Source: Terriglobia bacterium (GTDB taxonomy: Bacteria > Acidobacteriota > Terriglobia > 2-12-FULL-54-10). From it: a stretch of DNA of 64,000 nucleotides. Under the pieces are notes generated by a model. The model was not told where the DNA came from. It did no database searches and worked only from the letters and a program-made list of their open reading frames with translations. Both the position numbers and the translations under genes were made by a program. Positions 26,398 to 36,034 of the stretch are shown in pieces (within the stretch, counting starts at the first letter, position 1; the number at the start of each line of letters is the position of its first letter). The stretch lies in assembly GCA_963662495.2 (NCBI GenBank), contig CAXVYQ010000002.1, positions 390,355 through 454,354 of the forward strand, written 5' to 3'.

Positions 26398-27525
26398 TTA
26401 TCCGAAACAGTAGAGCATGCCGTCGCGCGATCCGATCACCACTCGGCCGGCGGCGATCCCCGGAGATGCGGTGAAAGGCGCCCCGGCGTCGAATTCCCAT
26501 TGCTTCTTGCCGGTTTCGAGATCCAGCATATAGAACCGTCCGTCGTGGGAGCCGACATACACGTGGCGCCCGGCGACGGCAGGCGAGGAGTCCACCCGCG
26601 CGCGTGTGGCAAACGTCCAGAGGGGGATTCCGGTGGACGCATCGAACGCGCGCACCATCTTATCCCTTCCGCCCACGATGACCAGGCCTCCGCTCAAGGC
26701 GGCGGAGGAATAATACGGGAATTGCCGGTCCGGATCGCTGTAGCGCCAGACCACCTTTTTCTCCCGCAGGTCGAGAGCCAGCACCTCGTAATCGAATGTG
26801 CCGAAGTAGGCCCGGTTGCCATCCAGCGCCGGGGAGGCGGCCGTGTAGGCCCCCGCGTCGATTTCGTATGCCTGCTCGCCGTCGGCGATGCGGATGGCGC
26901 GGAACTTCCCGTCGCATCCGGCGATAAAAACAAGATCGTCCCGCACGGCAGGCGTCGCATGCACTGGACCTTCGGTCGGCAGCTTCCAGCGAAGTTTTCC
27001 GGTTCGCGCCTCCAGCGCATAGAGAAAGTTGTCGTAGGAGCCGATGAGAACCATGCCGTCCGACACGACCGGCGAGGACTTAATCTCCGCTTCGGTTCGG
27101 AACCTCCACAAAGGCTTCCCGTCGCGGGCGTTCACCGCATGGAGCGTGCCATCCAGATCGCCGATGTAAACGGTCCCGGCGCCCACGGTGGGCGAGGATT
27201 CTCCGACGAAGCTTCCCGTTGCGTATCTCCACCGCAGCGCCCCCGAAGCCAGGTCCACGGCGAGAAGATCTCCATTACCCACGCCGACATAGACAACTCC
27301 GTCCACGATGGCAGCCGACGAATCGATGCTATCGCCCGCTTCATAGGTCCAGAGCAGGTTTAGGGAATCCGGTGGCGTGCTGGCCGCGACACCCGTCATC
27401 CGGGGATTACCGCGGAATTGCGGCCACCCGGCGGGTCTCTCATCCGCTGTCGGCTGGCTGGTTCCGGTGCCGGCGGCGCTGGCGACCAGAAGGAATAGAA
27501 GCAGTTTTTTCATCAGACCGCTCAT
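26398..27525 (-). CDS. secreted PQQ-like (BamB-like) beta-propeller repeat protein, paralog A
   Basis: Signal peptide MKKLLLFLLVASAAG, GWPQFRGNPRMTG entry motif, and repeated ...G.VY.G..DG.L.A.D..TG...W blades. Confidence 0.8.
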   Translation of the reverse strand: MSGLMKKLLLFLLVASAAGTGTSQPTADERPAGWPQFRGNPRMTGVAASTPPDSLNLLWTYEAGDSIDSSAAIVDGVVYVGVGNGDLLAVDLASGALRWRYATGSFVGESSPTVGAGTVYIGDLDGTLHAVNARDGKPLWRFRTEAEIKSSPVVSDGMVLIGSYDNFLYALEARTGKLRWKLPTEGPVHATPAVRDDLVFIAGCDGKFRAIRIADGEQAYEIDAGAYTAASPALDGNRAYFGTFDYEVLALDLREKKVVWRYSDPDRQFPYYSSAALSGGLVIVGGRDKMVRAFDASTGIPLWTFATRARVDSSPAVAGRHVYVGSHDGRFYMLDLETGKKQWEFDAGAPFTASPGIAAGRVVIGSRDGMLYCFG

Positions 27526-27558
27526 CGGAACGAGTGGGAACGAGTGGGAACGGGAAGG

Positions 27559-28995
27559 TTACTCCGCTTCCAGTGCGAACAACTCGTTGCGGTTGTTCAA
27601 GAACAAAGTCCCGTTGGCCGGGACCGGAGTGGAGTAGACCGCGCTGCCCATGTTCATCTCCGCCAGAACTTTCTTTTCCTTGCCATGCTGCAGGACGACG
27701 ACATCGCCATCCTCATCGCCCAAGTAGAGCTTGCCGTCCGCCAGGAAGGGGGACCCCCAGATGGCGGCAAAGGTATCGTGCGTCCAATAGGGTTCACCGG
27801 TCTCGGCGTCGAGGCAGTGCAGGTACCCGGCGAAGTCCGCGATGTAGACCAGGCCGTCCGCGATGGCGGCGGTGGAGATGGAGCGGTAAACATCCTGGTA
27901 ATGCCAGATGCGTCCGCTCTCGGTAATGTCGCCCCGTTTCGTGGCGTCGATGGCATAGAAGTGCCCCACGCCGACGCCGTGCTCGGGGTCCTGGCCGTTG
28001 GCGATGTAGACGCGGTCATTGTGAATGACGGGCGTTGCGATTACCTCGTTGCGCGTCCGGGGCCATTCGGAATCCTTCGGATTGGTGTCAAACTCCCACA
28101 GCTTGTTCCCCTCCAGGTCGTAGCCTCGCACCCAGCCGTCGCCTTGTGCCGATACGACCTGAACGGCGCCGCCGATTTCTCCGACCGTCGGTGTCGACCA
28201 CTGGCCGTGCAGGATGCGATCCTCGACCGAATTATCTTCCCAGACCAGCGCGCCCGTGTTCTTGTTGATGGCGATGATCGACGGAGCCAGGGGCGAGGGT
28301 ATGTTGACATGGCTCTCATCCTGGCCGTTGGAGGTGCTCACAAAGATGAGATCGTCCCACATCACGGGCGAGGAGTTCGACAGGTTGTGCGGGTAGGAGC
28401 CGACCTCTTCCATCATGTCGAAGGCCCAAATGACGTCTGCGTCAAACTGCCCCGTCAATTCTTCGTCCTGTACCTCCCCGTCGTTCTCGTTGTCGCGAAA
28501 GCCACGGATATCCAGACACAGCACGACGCCGCGGTTGCTCACATAGTAGAGCCGCTCGCCCTCCACCAGCGGGGACGATGCAACGCCTTGATAGGGCCAG
28601 TCGTTGGCCCGGCCGGCCGGTAGTTTGGTGTGGGTCTGCTGCCAGAGGAACTCGCCGTCGGATTCGCGGAAGGCCATCAGGACACCGCGATCGCCGGGCT
28701 GGTTCTCGTCCCGCACCAACTCGTTGTTGGTGCCGGCGAACACCACTCCGCCAGCCACCACCGGGTTCCCGTAACTCTGTGAACCCAGCTCCGCCACCCA
28801 TTTCACGTTCTTTTTCGTCTTCACGTCCCACGTAACAGGCAACCCCTTCATGTTGGAAACCATGTTGCGGTCCGGCGTGCCGCCCCACATGGGCCAGTCG
28901 CCCGTGCCCGGTTCCGAGGCCGCAAAGTAGCTTGGAATGGCGGCAACGATGCACAGCACACAACTCAGAATCCCTAATTGACGCATGCCCGTCAT
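27559..28995 (-). CDS. secreted PQQ-like beta-propeller repeat protein, paralog B
   Basis: Signal peptide, DWPMWGGTPDRNM motif and repeated propeller blades. Confidence 0.8.
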   Translation of the reverse strand: MTGMRQLGILSCVLCIVAAIPSYFAASEPGTGDWPMWGGTPDRNMVSNMKGLPVTWDVKTKKNVKWVAELGSQSYGNPVVAGGVVFAGTNNELVRDENQPGDRGVLMAFRESDGEFLWQQTHTKLPAGRANDWPYQGVASSPLVEGERLYYVSNRGVVLCLDIRGFRDNENDGEVQDEELTGQFDADVIWAFDMMEEVGSYPHNLSNSSPVMWDDLIFVSTSNGQDESHVNIPSPLAPSIIAINKNTGALVWEDNSVEDRILHGQWSTPTVGEIGGAVQVVSAQGDGWVRGYDLEGNKLWEFDTNPKDSEWPRTRNEVIATPVIHNDRVYIANGQDPEHGVGVGHFYAIDATKRGDITESGRIWHYQDVYRSISTAAIADGLVYIADFAGYLHCLDAETGEPYWTHDTFAAIWGSPFLADGKLYLGDEDGDVVVLQHGKEKKVLAEMNMGSAVYSTPVPANGTLFLNNRNELFALEAE

Positions 28996-29069
28996 GTCTC
29001 GCTATCCTTTCCTCTGACAGGAGAATCCATCACCCCCTGCTTGCCGGGGGAAGAAACCTCCTCTTGCTT

Positions 29070-31298
29070 TTATCTGTTTTCCGTCAACCGCAAGTTATCC
29101 AGAAATGCACCAAACTCCGCGTTGAGGTAGAGTCCCGGGGCCCCCTGGCGATTCCCGATCGGGTCCGCATGGTCGATCATCCAGTCGGGCGGCTCGGCCT
29201 CACCCACTGCCCAGGCCTTGCCTTGCACCCGGACGCTGCCGTCCGTCTGGTTCTGGACGCGCAGTTTCAGCCGGTACCAGGTGTCCGGGCTCCATTTGAA
29301 CGGGAGGGTTACCGTGCGCTCGATCTCCGGCTCCCACGGCTCCAGCTTTAGCTTCTGGGTCGTTCCATAGAGGACCAGTGAATACCGCTGCGCGGTGATG
29401 CCGATGTCGGCCATCTGCCGCCGCTGCATGGTGGCGCGGATGTCTGCTTCAAAGGTGTAGTCGGACCAGTCCGAGGGGCCGACGAATGTCCGAATCCTCT
29501 TGAAGATGTTGCCGAGAGGCTTTTTCTCAAGCACCTTTTCACCGTCCAGGGTCGCAACGGAGACTCCTCCGGCCACAACGTTCACCCAGCCGGGCGGCGC
29601 GTCTCCATCCGTGTAGGAGTCGAAGGTCTCGGTCCAGGGCAGCGGACGCACGACGCGCACGCGGGATTCTCCGCTGAGCCCGCCGGCCGTTGCACGGATC
29701 ACTCCAGCCTGCTCGGCCGGGTCGACAGCCGCCGTGAACGCGCCGTTGTCAAGAGTTCCCTTCAACTCTTCTAATACCCATGTGGCGGCGGCCTCCTCTC
29801 GCAGGAACAGGCCTTTTTCGTCAAACAGCCGGACGCGCAGCTTCGCCTGTTCACCCGGCTCCATCACCATCTCCGCCGGAACCACCTGCAGGTGTGCCGG
29901 AGCGCCTTCCCCGCGCGCGACCGGCTCGTCGACGGCCCAGCCGGTGAATTGTTTCGGTTGCCGCGACCCGATGGCATAGACGGCGTCGCTGGAAACAAAA
30001 AATATCCTGCCGCGCGAGACGGCGGCCCCGCCCAGGATCTCCTCCGGCGTGCCTTCGGAGCCGCAGCAACTGTTCGTGCTGTCGGGCAGTTTCACCGCGC
30101 TCAGGATCTCGCCTCCGCTTGGTTGCGGTCGGATGATGAAGAACGTCCCGCCGTTCGTTCCAACGTAGATCTTCCCGTCGGCCAGCACCAGCGGGGCCCT
30201 CTGCGCCGTGCCGAGCGGCAGCGACCACAGTTCATTCCCGTTCCGGATGTCCATGGCGTGCAGGTGCGAGCCGTTGTCGATCTGATACAGCGTGCTCCCG
30301 TCGGTTACGGGCGAGGAATAGCCGAACTGGACGCCGCGGACGGCCCACTGCGGTTCCCGGATCTCGCCCCGCTTCGATCCGTCGATCGCCGCGGCCATCC
30401 CCAGTTCGTTGCTATTGAAGTTCTCATCGCCGTGCGAGATGAAGACCGAGTTGCCGTGGGCCACCACGCCGGTGTTGATGCCTCGCTTGGCCGCCATGTA
30501 GCTCCAGAGCTTCTGCCCGGTCTGCGGCAGGATGGCGTGGACGCCGCCGTCGCCGAGGCCCGAGATCAGCATCCGCACGCCGTCGATGGTGGTGATCAGA
30601 TGCGAGGGGTATGCGGTGTCGTAGGGCCGGCTTCCCGGGCTGGCAACGTAGACGATCTCGCCGGTGCGCTTGTCGAGCGCGATGAAACGAAAGGTGCGGT
30701 TGGAGTGGGCGCCCCAGTTGGAGACCGGAGAGCAGACGATGACCAGATCGCCATCGATGAGCGGAGACATCGTCCGGCCGCCGTGCGTGGTGAAGGCGGC
30801 GTACTCCTCGCCGAAGGCGTGAGACCAGAGCAACTCGCCGTCCGGGCTCAGCGCGATCATCTCCGCGGCGCCGCTGAAGGCATAGACGTTGCCCGTTTCC
30901 GGGTCCGCCGCCGGTGAGGACCACGCGATGCGGTGAACCGGAACATCGCTCTGATAGAGGTTGTACTTGTATTCCCAGACGACGTTTCCCGTATCCGCGT
31001 CCAGCGCCATCACGCGTTCCTGCATCTCGGGGCCGCGTTCGGATGCGTTCTGCACATAGACGCGGTTGCCCAGCACGATGGGAGCCGAGCGGCCCCCGTA
31101 CGGCGCGCGCCACAGGAAATTCTCCCCGTTCAGCTCCCAGCTCTCGATCAGGCCGGTTTCCTGCGATACGCCGTCCTGGGTGGGTCCGCGCAGCTCGGGC
31201 CAGTCGCCCAGCGCGATCTGCCGTTGTGCCCAGGCGTCCGGCGCGCCGCCGGTTACAAGGAACAGGACAATGAAAAGAACAGTCTTTCTCGGCATCAA
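29070..31298 (-). CDS. secreted PQQ-like beta-propeller protein, paralog C, with a C-terminal jelly-roll (LamG/DUF1080-like) domain
   Basis: Signal peptide MMPRKTVLFIVLFLV, DWPELRGPTQDG motif. The extra ~220-aa C-terminal domain (DWSDYTFEADIRA...WYRLKLRV...GAPGLYLNAEFGAFLDNLRL) resembles concanavalin-like lectin folds. Confidence 0.75.
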   Translation of the reverse strand: MMPRKTVLFIVLFLVTGGAPDAWAQRQIALGDWPELRGPTQDGVSQETGLIESWELNGENFLWRAPYGGRSAPIVLGNRVYVQNASERGPEMQERVMALDADTGNVVWEYKYNLYQSDVPVHRIAWSSPAADPETGNVYAFSGAAEMIALSPDGELLWSHAFGEEYAAFTTHGGRTMSPLIDGDLVIVCSPVSNWGAHSNRTFRFIALDKRTGEIVYVASPGSRPYDTAYPSHLITTIDGVRMLISGLGDGGVHAILPQTGQKLWSYMAAKRGINTGVVAHGNSVFISHGDENFNSNELGMAAAIDGSKRGEIREPQWAVRGVQFGYSSPVTDGSTLYQIDNGSHLHAMDIRNGNELWSLPLGTAQRAPLVLADGKIYVGTNGGTFFIIRPQPSGGEILSAVKLPDSTNSCCGSEGTPEEILGGAAVSRGRIFFVSSDAVYAIGSRQPKQFTGWAVDEPVARGEGAPAHLQVVPAEMVMEPGEQAKLRVRLFDEKGLFLREEAAATWVLEELKGTLDNGAFTAAVDPAEQAGVIRATAGGLSGESRVRVVRPLPWTETFDSYTDGDAPPGWVNVVAGGVSVATLDGEKVLEKKPLGNIFKRIRTFVGPSDWSDYTFEADIRATMQRRQMADIGITAQRYSLVLYGTTQKLKLEPWEPEIERTVTLPFKWSPDTWYRLKLRVQNQTDGSVRVQGKAWAVGEAEPPDWMIDHADPIGNRQGAPGLYLNAEFGAFLDNLRLTENR

Positions 31299-31409
31299 AA
31301 CCTCGTATCTCCTTCCTTCATCACGCCTAATCTAAAGCCTTCCTAGCGCCATTCGAGCGCCATCCAAGCGGAAGTGGGTCAGACATTCATAGCTCTCTTG
31401 CGGGGTGTC

Positions 31410-32654
31410 TCACCGCTCCCCGATGTCGTAGCTGGCCAGCGTGCCCTGGTTACGAAGATAGAGCTTGCCATCACTGACCACCGGGTGCGCATAGCTGGGC
31501 CAGCCCTGATCCTCGATCTCGAACCGGCCTTTTTCGTTATAGCCGGCAGGGGTTGCTTCCACCAGGCCGGCGACATATTTCTCGCTCAAAATATAGAGGT
31601 TGCCATCGGCGTAGGTGATCGACCCTTTCCCCACGCTCCGGTCCCGCCACATCATCTTGCCGGTGGCAAATTCCAGACAGGTCAGGATGGAATTGTTGAA
31701 TCCATACAGGTAACCATCTACCAGCACGACGCCGCCGTGATGATTCTGCATCGAGCGTGTGAAATAGATTTCCCGGGCCTGGACCTTGCCGTCCCGCGCC
31801 GCCAGGTCCAGCAACGCGGCGCCCGTACCGTAGGCCGATGAGTAGAAGGTCTTGTTGTCGTGAAAAACCGGCGTGCTGACGTTGGCGGTGCGGTTGGCCA
31901 CGCGCGGGTAGCTCCACATCAACTGTCCATCGGAGGCGCGAACGCCCACCCCGGCTGCGGCCGTCAGCGTAATGTAGGTTCGGACACCCTGGACGTCGGC
32001 GGCGATGACCGAGGCATAACCAGCCTCATCACTCAATTCATTGCTGGTCCAGATGGTCTCACCCGTCATCTTGTCCAGGGCCACCATGCCCGCGCCCCTG
32101 CCACCCGGCGTTGCTATCACCCGGTCTCCGTCCACCAGGGGGGATTCGCTGATGAGCCACGGGATGTTCCGGCCCCCGAAGTCGTTCAGGATATTGCGCT
32201 GCCAGATCACGTCGCCATCACCGGCCCGGAGCGCGGCCAGTTCCCCGTTCTCGGTCATAACATACAGCCGGTCGCCATCCACAGTCGGCGTGCCTCTCGG
32301 TCCGGGACCCTGACCATTCCTGTGGCCCGGCCCCAGGGCTTGCGACCAGATCATCCCGCCATCGGAACGGTTCAGGCTGGCCACCGTACTCTGGCCGCCG
32401 ATCAGCGACTGGACATAGATGCGATCGCCCTGGATCGCCACTGATCCGTACCCGGCGCCCAGGTTCAAAATCTCCCATACCAGGGGTGGTCCCGAGGCGG
32501 GCCACTGCTTCCTCAGTCCGGACTCTCCCGAAAGTCCGTTGCGTTCCGGCCCCCGCCACTGCGGCCAGTCGTCGCCCCGGATCAGCTGGCCGCCGGCGGC
32601 AAGCGTCATCGCAACGGCGAGCAGGGGGATCAGGATGAAGGGGGTTTTTACCAT
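31410..32654 (-). CDS. secreted PQQ-like beta-propeller repeat protein, paralog D
   Basis: The start is placed at MVKTPFILIPLLAVAMTLAAG (the 46th codon of the track ORF). DWPQWRGPERNG motif and propeller blades. Confidence 0.8.
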   Translation of the reverse strand: MVKTPFILIPLLAVAMTLAAGGQLIRGDDWPQWRGPERNGLSGESGLRKQWPASGPPLVWEILNLGAGYGSVAIQGDRIYVQSLIGGQSTVASLNRSDGGMIWSQALGPGHRNGQGPGPRGTPTVDGDRLYVMTENGELAALRAGDGDVIWQRNILNDFGGRNIPWLISESPLVDGDRVIATPGGRGAGMVALDKMTGETIWTSNELSDEAGYASVIAADVQGVRTYITLTAAAGVGVRASDGQLMWSYPRVANRTANVSTPVFHDNKTFYSSAYGTGAALLDLAARDGKVQAREIYFTRSMQNHHGGVVLVDGYLYGFNNSILTCLEFATGKMMWRDRSVGKGSITYADGNLYILSEKYVAGLVEATPAGYNEKGRFEIEDQGWPSYAHPVVSDGKLYLRNQGTLASYDIGER

Positions 32655-32834
32655 CGAGAAGCTCCGCACAATTCGGGGTCCTGAGGGTCTGCTGTTGGGC
32701 TGTGCAAATGGAATCCCTGTATGCTCCAGCCCCGGTCCGGGGCAACTCCCTCCACGATTGCGGGGCAGGAATACGTTGCCGGTTTTCACTGTCTAGCATA
32801 ACATAGCACTCGTACCATTCTGGAGTGTTCCGAT

Positions 32835-35800
32835 ATGTTGATGCGGGTCCTTGTACTGGCGGTCGTCTGTTCCAGCGCCCTTACCGCCGTGGCGCAATCT
32901 CATCGTGCCTCGGTTCGGGGACAGGTCCTGGACCCGACCGGCGTCGCCATCGAGTCCGTCAAGGTGCTGATTACCCGTGAGGCCACGGGCGAGTCGCGCA
33001 CAGCCATCACGGAGGCCAGCGGCTGGTTCCTCGTGGCGATGCTGCCGCCCGGCGCCTATCGCATCGAGGTGGAACAACCGGGATACAAGAGATTCCTGTC
33101 GCGGGTTGCGCTCCAGGTCCATCAGGACCTCCGGCTCCGCATCCCGTTGGTGCTGGGAGAGATCACCGAAGAGGTCTTCGTCACGGCTCCGCTGATCCCG
33201 CTGGAGACCGGGACGTCGGCGCTCGGCACGGTGATTGATGGCCGCCAGTTGGCGGGCCTTCCGCTGGACGGCCGCAACTTCCTGGAGCTTGCACTGCTCG
33301 CTCCCGGTGCGGCCCCGGCGCCGCAGGGCTCTGCCAGCTCCCAGCGCGGCGACTTCGCCTTCAGCGTCAACGGCGCGCGAGAAGATATGCACAGTTTCCT
33401 GCTCGATGGATTCTATAACATGGACCCGAAGCTCAACACCCCCGGCGTGCGGCCCCCCATCGACGCCATCCGCGAGTTCGCGGTCCTCACCGGAACCTAC
33501 GATGCCTCCTTCGGGCGGAACGCCGCCGGCCAGGTGAATGTTGTGACACAGTCGGGAACGAACGCGATGCACGGCACGCTGTACGGATTCTTCCGGACCA
33601 AGGTTCTCGATGCCCGGAATTTTTTCTCGCCCGATAGCGAGCCTGCGCCCGATTACAGCCGCGCGCAAACGGGGGGCTCTTGGGGCGGTCCCATCGTGCG
33701 CAACCGGACATTCTTTTTCGCCGACTACGAGCATACGCGCTTGCGGGAAGGGATCACCCGCCTCACCAGCGTTCCCACCCTCGCCGAGCGCAACGGCGAT
33801 TTTTCCCGGAGCCTGCTGCCCGCCCCGCTCGATCCCTTCACGCGCCAGCCGTTCCCCGGCAACCGCATCCCGGACCAGTTCATGCATCCCACTGGCCGGG
33901 CCATCGCCGCCCTTTACCCGGAACCGAACCGCCCGGCGCCTCAGGCAAACTTCGTCTCTTCTCCCACGCTGCGCGACGATGGGGACCTGTTCGATCTCCG
34001 GGTGGACCACCATTTCGGCGAGCTTGCCACGCTGACCGCCCGGTACAGCTTCAACGACCAGCGGCTGTTCGAGCCCTTTGCTTCTTCGGTGAGCGTGCCC
34101 GGGTTTGGAACCGATGTGGCGCGGCGCGGCCAGAATTTCGGGTTCAGCATCACGCAGGGATTTGGGTCCACGCTCATCCACGAGGCCCGCCTGGGCTACG
34201 GCCGGGTCGCCATCGGCGTTTTGCAGGAAAACCAGGGCCACAGCCTGAACCAGGAGGTCGGGTTACCGGAGATCTCCTCGAACCCGCGGGATTTCGGCTT
34301 GAGTCAGATCACGGTTACTGGATTCTCCCCGCTCGGCGACGAGTTCACCACGCCACAGGAGAGCGCCATCGACTCGGTGCAGATCGCCGACACGCTCACT
34401 TGGGCGGGAGCGGTCCACCTGCTCAAGGCCGGCGCCGAGTTTCGCTGGAGCGGGCAAACGGCATTCCGCGACGTGCAATCCAGAGGCTTCCTCAACTTCT
34501 CGGACCGCTACGTTACCGGAAACGCGCTGGCCGACCTGCTGCTCGGCTTCCCGCTGGTTACCGGCGGAGCGGTCCTGGACAATCCGCAGCGCCTCCGCGC
34601 GCCGGCCTGGAGTGGCTTTGTTCAGGACAACTGGCGCCTCGGCCCGCAACTGACCCTGACCACCGGATTGCGGTACGAATACGTGGCCCCGGCTTTTGAC
34701 GCCGAGGACCGTGCCAATCTCTACGACCCGTTGACGCAGCAACTGGTGCGCGTTGGGACGGCGGGAATGCCACGTGGCGGATACGAGCCGGACCGCGACA
34801 ACTGGGCCCCTCGCATCGGTCTGGCCTGGACGCCCGACGGGGCCGGCCGAACGGTTCTGCGTGGCGGTTATGGCATCTACTACAACCAGGGCGCCCTGGC
34901 TACCGGCGAGGGTCTCTACTTCAATCCGCCCTTCTTCGACTTCAGCCTCTTCGTCCCGTTTGAAGGCATCCCGCCCGTTACTCTCAACGATCCCTTTCCC
35001 CAGTCCTACCCGGTCTCGTTACCCGTTTCCGCAACCGGATACCAGCCGGACCTGGAGACCGGAATGCTGGAGCACTGGAGCGTGAGCCTCCAGCGGCAAC
35101 TGGGCCGGCGGCGAACCGTGGAAGTCGCCTATGTCGGCACCCGTGGCCATGATCTGATCGCCGCCCGCGACCTGAACCAGCCCCGTCCGAGCGCGGTCTT
35201 TCCCAACCTGCGGCCGAATCCTCTCTTCGACGACATCACCATCATCGAATCCCGAGGCTCGTCCCAATACAACGCTCTCCAGCTCAAGTTGCAGCAGCAG
35301 CTCGACCATGGGCTGTCGCTGCTCGCCGCCTATACGCTCGGCAAATCAACCGACGACGCTTCCGGTTTTTTTTCCAGTTCCGGTGACCCGAACTTTCCCC
35401 AGGACAGCAACAACCTCGCTGCCGAGTACGGACGCTCCGGTTTCGACCTGCGCCACCGATTCTCCGCAAGCTTTGCCTGGGAGCTTCCGTTCAGTTCCAT
35501 TTTGAGCGACACGGAGCTGCACGGGATCCTCACGTTCCAGAGCGGCCCGCCCTTCACGGTCGCGCTGTTGCCCGAGGTCGATAACAGCAACACCGGCCGC
35601 TCCACGCTCGGCTTTGGAGCCAACGACCGCCCCCATCTCGTGGGCGATCCCTCGCTCGGCGATCGGTCTCCCGAGCGATGGTTCGACACCGCGGCCTTCG
35701 CTGTGCCCGCATTCGGGAGCTTCGGCGATGCCTCGCGGAATATTCTGGATGGTCCCGGCCGCCGGAACTTCAACCTGGGGATCCTGAAACATATTCCGAT

Positions 35801-35966
35801 CGGGGTGGGGGAGGCGCGTCTTCAGCTTCGCGCCGAAGCCTTCAATCTGCTGAACCGCACGAACCTGCATCTACCGGACGCCTTTGTCGGCTCTCCCACA
35901 TTTGGGCAGGTCCTGTCTGCCGAGAGCCCCCGGAGATGTCAGTTCGGCGTGCGGCTGATCTTCTGA
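32835..35966 (+). CDS. TonB-dependent receptor with a CarboxypepD_reg-like N-domain (acidobacterial type)
   Basis: Signal peptide MLMRVLVLAVVCSSALTAVAQ, SVRGQVLDPTGVAI...GAYRIEVEQPGYK (carboxypeptidase regulatory fold), plug-like region, and a long beta-barrel ending RLIF. Confidence 0.85.
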   Translation: MLMRVLVLAVVCSSALTAVAQSHRASVRGQVLDPTGVAIESVKVLITREATGESRTAITEASGWFLVAMLPPGAYRIEVEQPGYKRFLSRVALQVHQDLRLRIPLVLGEITEEVFVTAPLIPLETGTSALGTVIDGRQLAGLPLDGRNFLELALLAPGAAPAPQGSASSQRGDFAFSVNGAREDMHSFLLDGFYNMDPKLNTPGVRPPIDAIREFAVLTGTYDASFGRNAAGQVNVVTQSGTNAMHGTLYGFFRTKVLDARNFFSPDSEPAPDYSRAQTGGSWGGPIVRNRTFFFADYEHTRLREGITRLTSVPTLAERNGDFSRSLLPAPLDPFTRQPFPGNRIPDQFMHPTGRAIAALYPEPNRPAPQANFVSSPTLRDDGDLFDLRVDHHFGELATLTARYSFNDQRLFEPFASSVSVPGFGTDVARRGQNFGFSITQGFGSTLIHEARLGYGRVAIGVLQENQGHSLNQEVGLPEISSNPRDFGLSQITVTGFSPLGDEFTTPQESAIDSVQIADTLTWAGAVHLLKAGAEFRWSGQTAFRDVQSRGFLNFSDRYVTGNALADLLLGFPLVTGGAVLDNPQRLRAPAWSGFVQDNWRLGPQLTLTTGLRYEYVAPAFDAEDRANLYDPLTQQLVRVGTAGMPRGGYEPDRDNWAPRIGLAWTPDGAGRTVLRGGYGIYYNQGALATGEGLYFNPPFFDFSLFVPFEGIPPVTLNDPFPQSYPVSLPVSATGYQPDLETGMLEHWSVSLQRQLGRRRTVEVAYVGTRGHDLIAARDLNQPRPSAVFPNLRPNPLFDDITIIESRGSSQYNALQLKLQQQLDHGLSLLAAYTLGKSTDDASGFFSSSGDPNFPQDSNNLAAEYGRSGFDLRHRFSASFAWELPFSSILSDTELHGILTFQSGPPFTVALLPEVDNSNTGRSTLGFGANDRPHLVGDPSLGDRSPERWFDTAAFAVPAFGSFGDASRNILDGPGRRNFNLGILKHIPIGVGEARLQLRAEAFNLLNRTNLHLPDAFVGSPTFGQVLSAESPRRCQFGVRLIF

Positions 35967-36034
35967 TCTGTATTTTTGATTCGTGGGTGATTTCTAATCG
36001 TCGGTTCGCGAACGCCGAACGCGCCGCCGGAGTC

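Noticed and set aside
27527-27553. Short tandem repeats (27527-27553; 45440-45465 QGQDQGQD; 46915-46965 Gly/Ser linker) as a CRISPR array or minisatellite.
   Set aside because: The units are 10-12 nt with no spacers. The latter two lie inside the permease ORF and simply encode low-complexity linkers.
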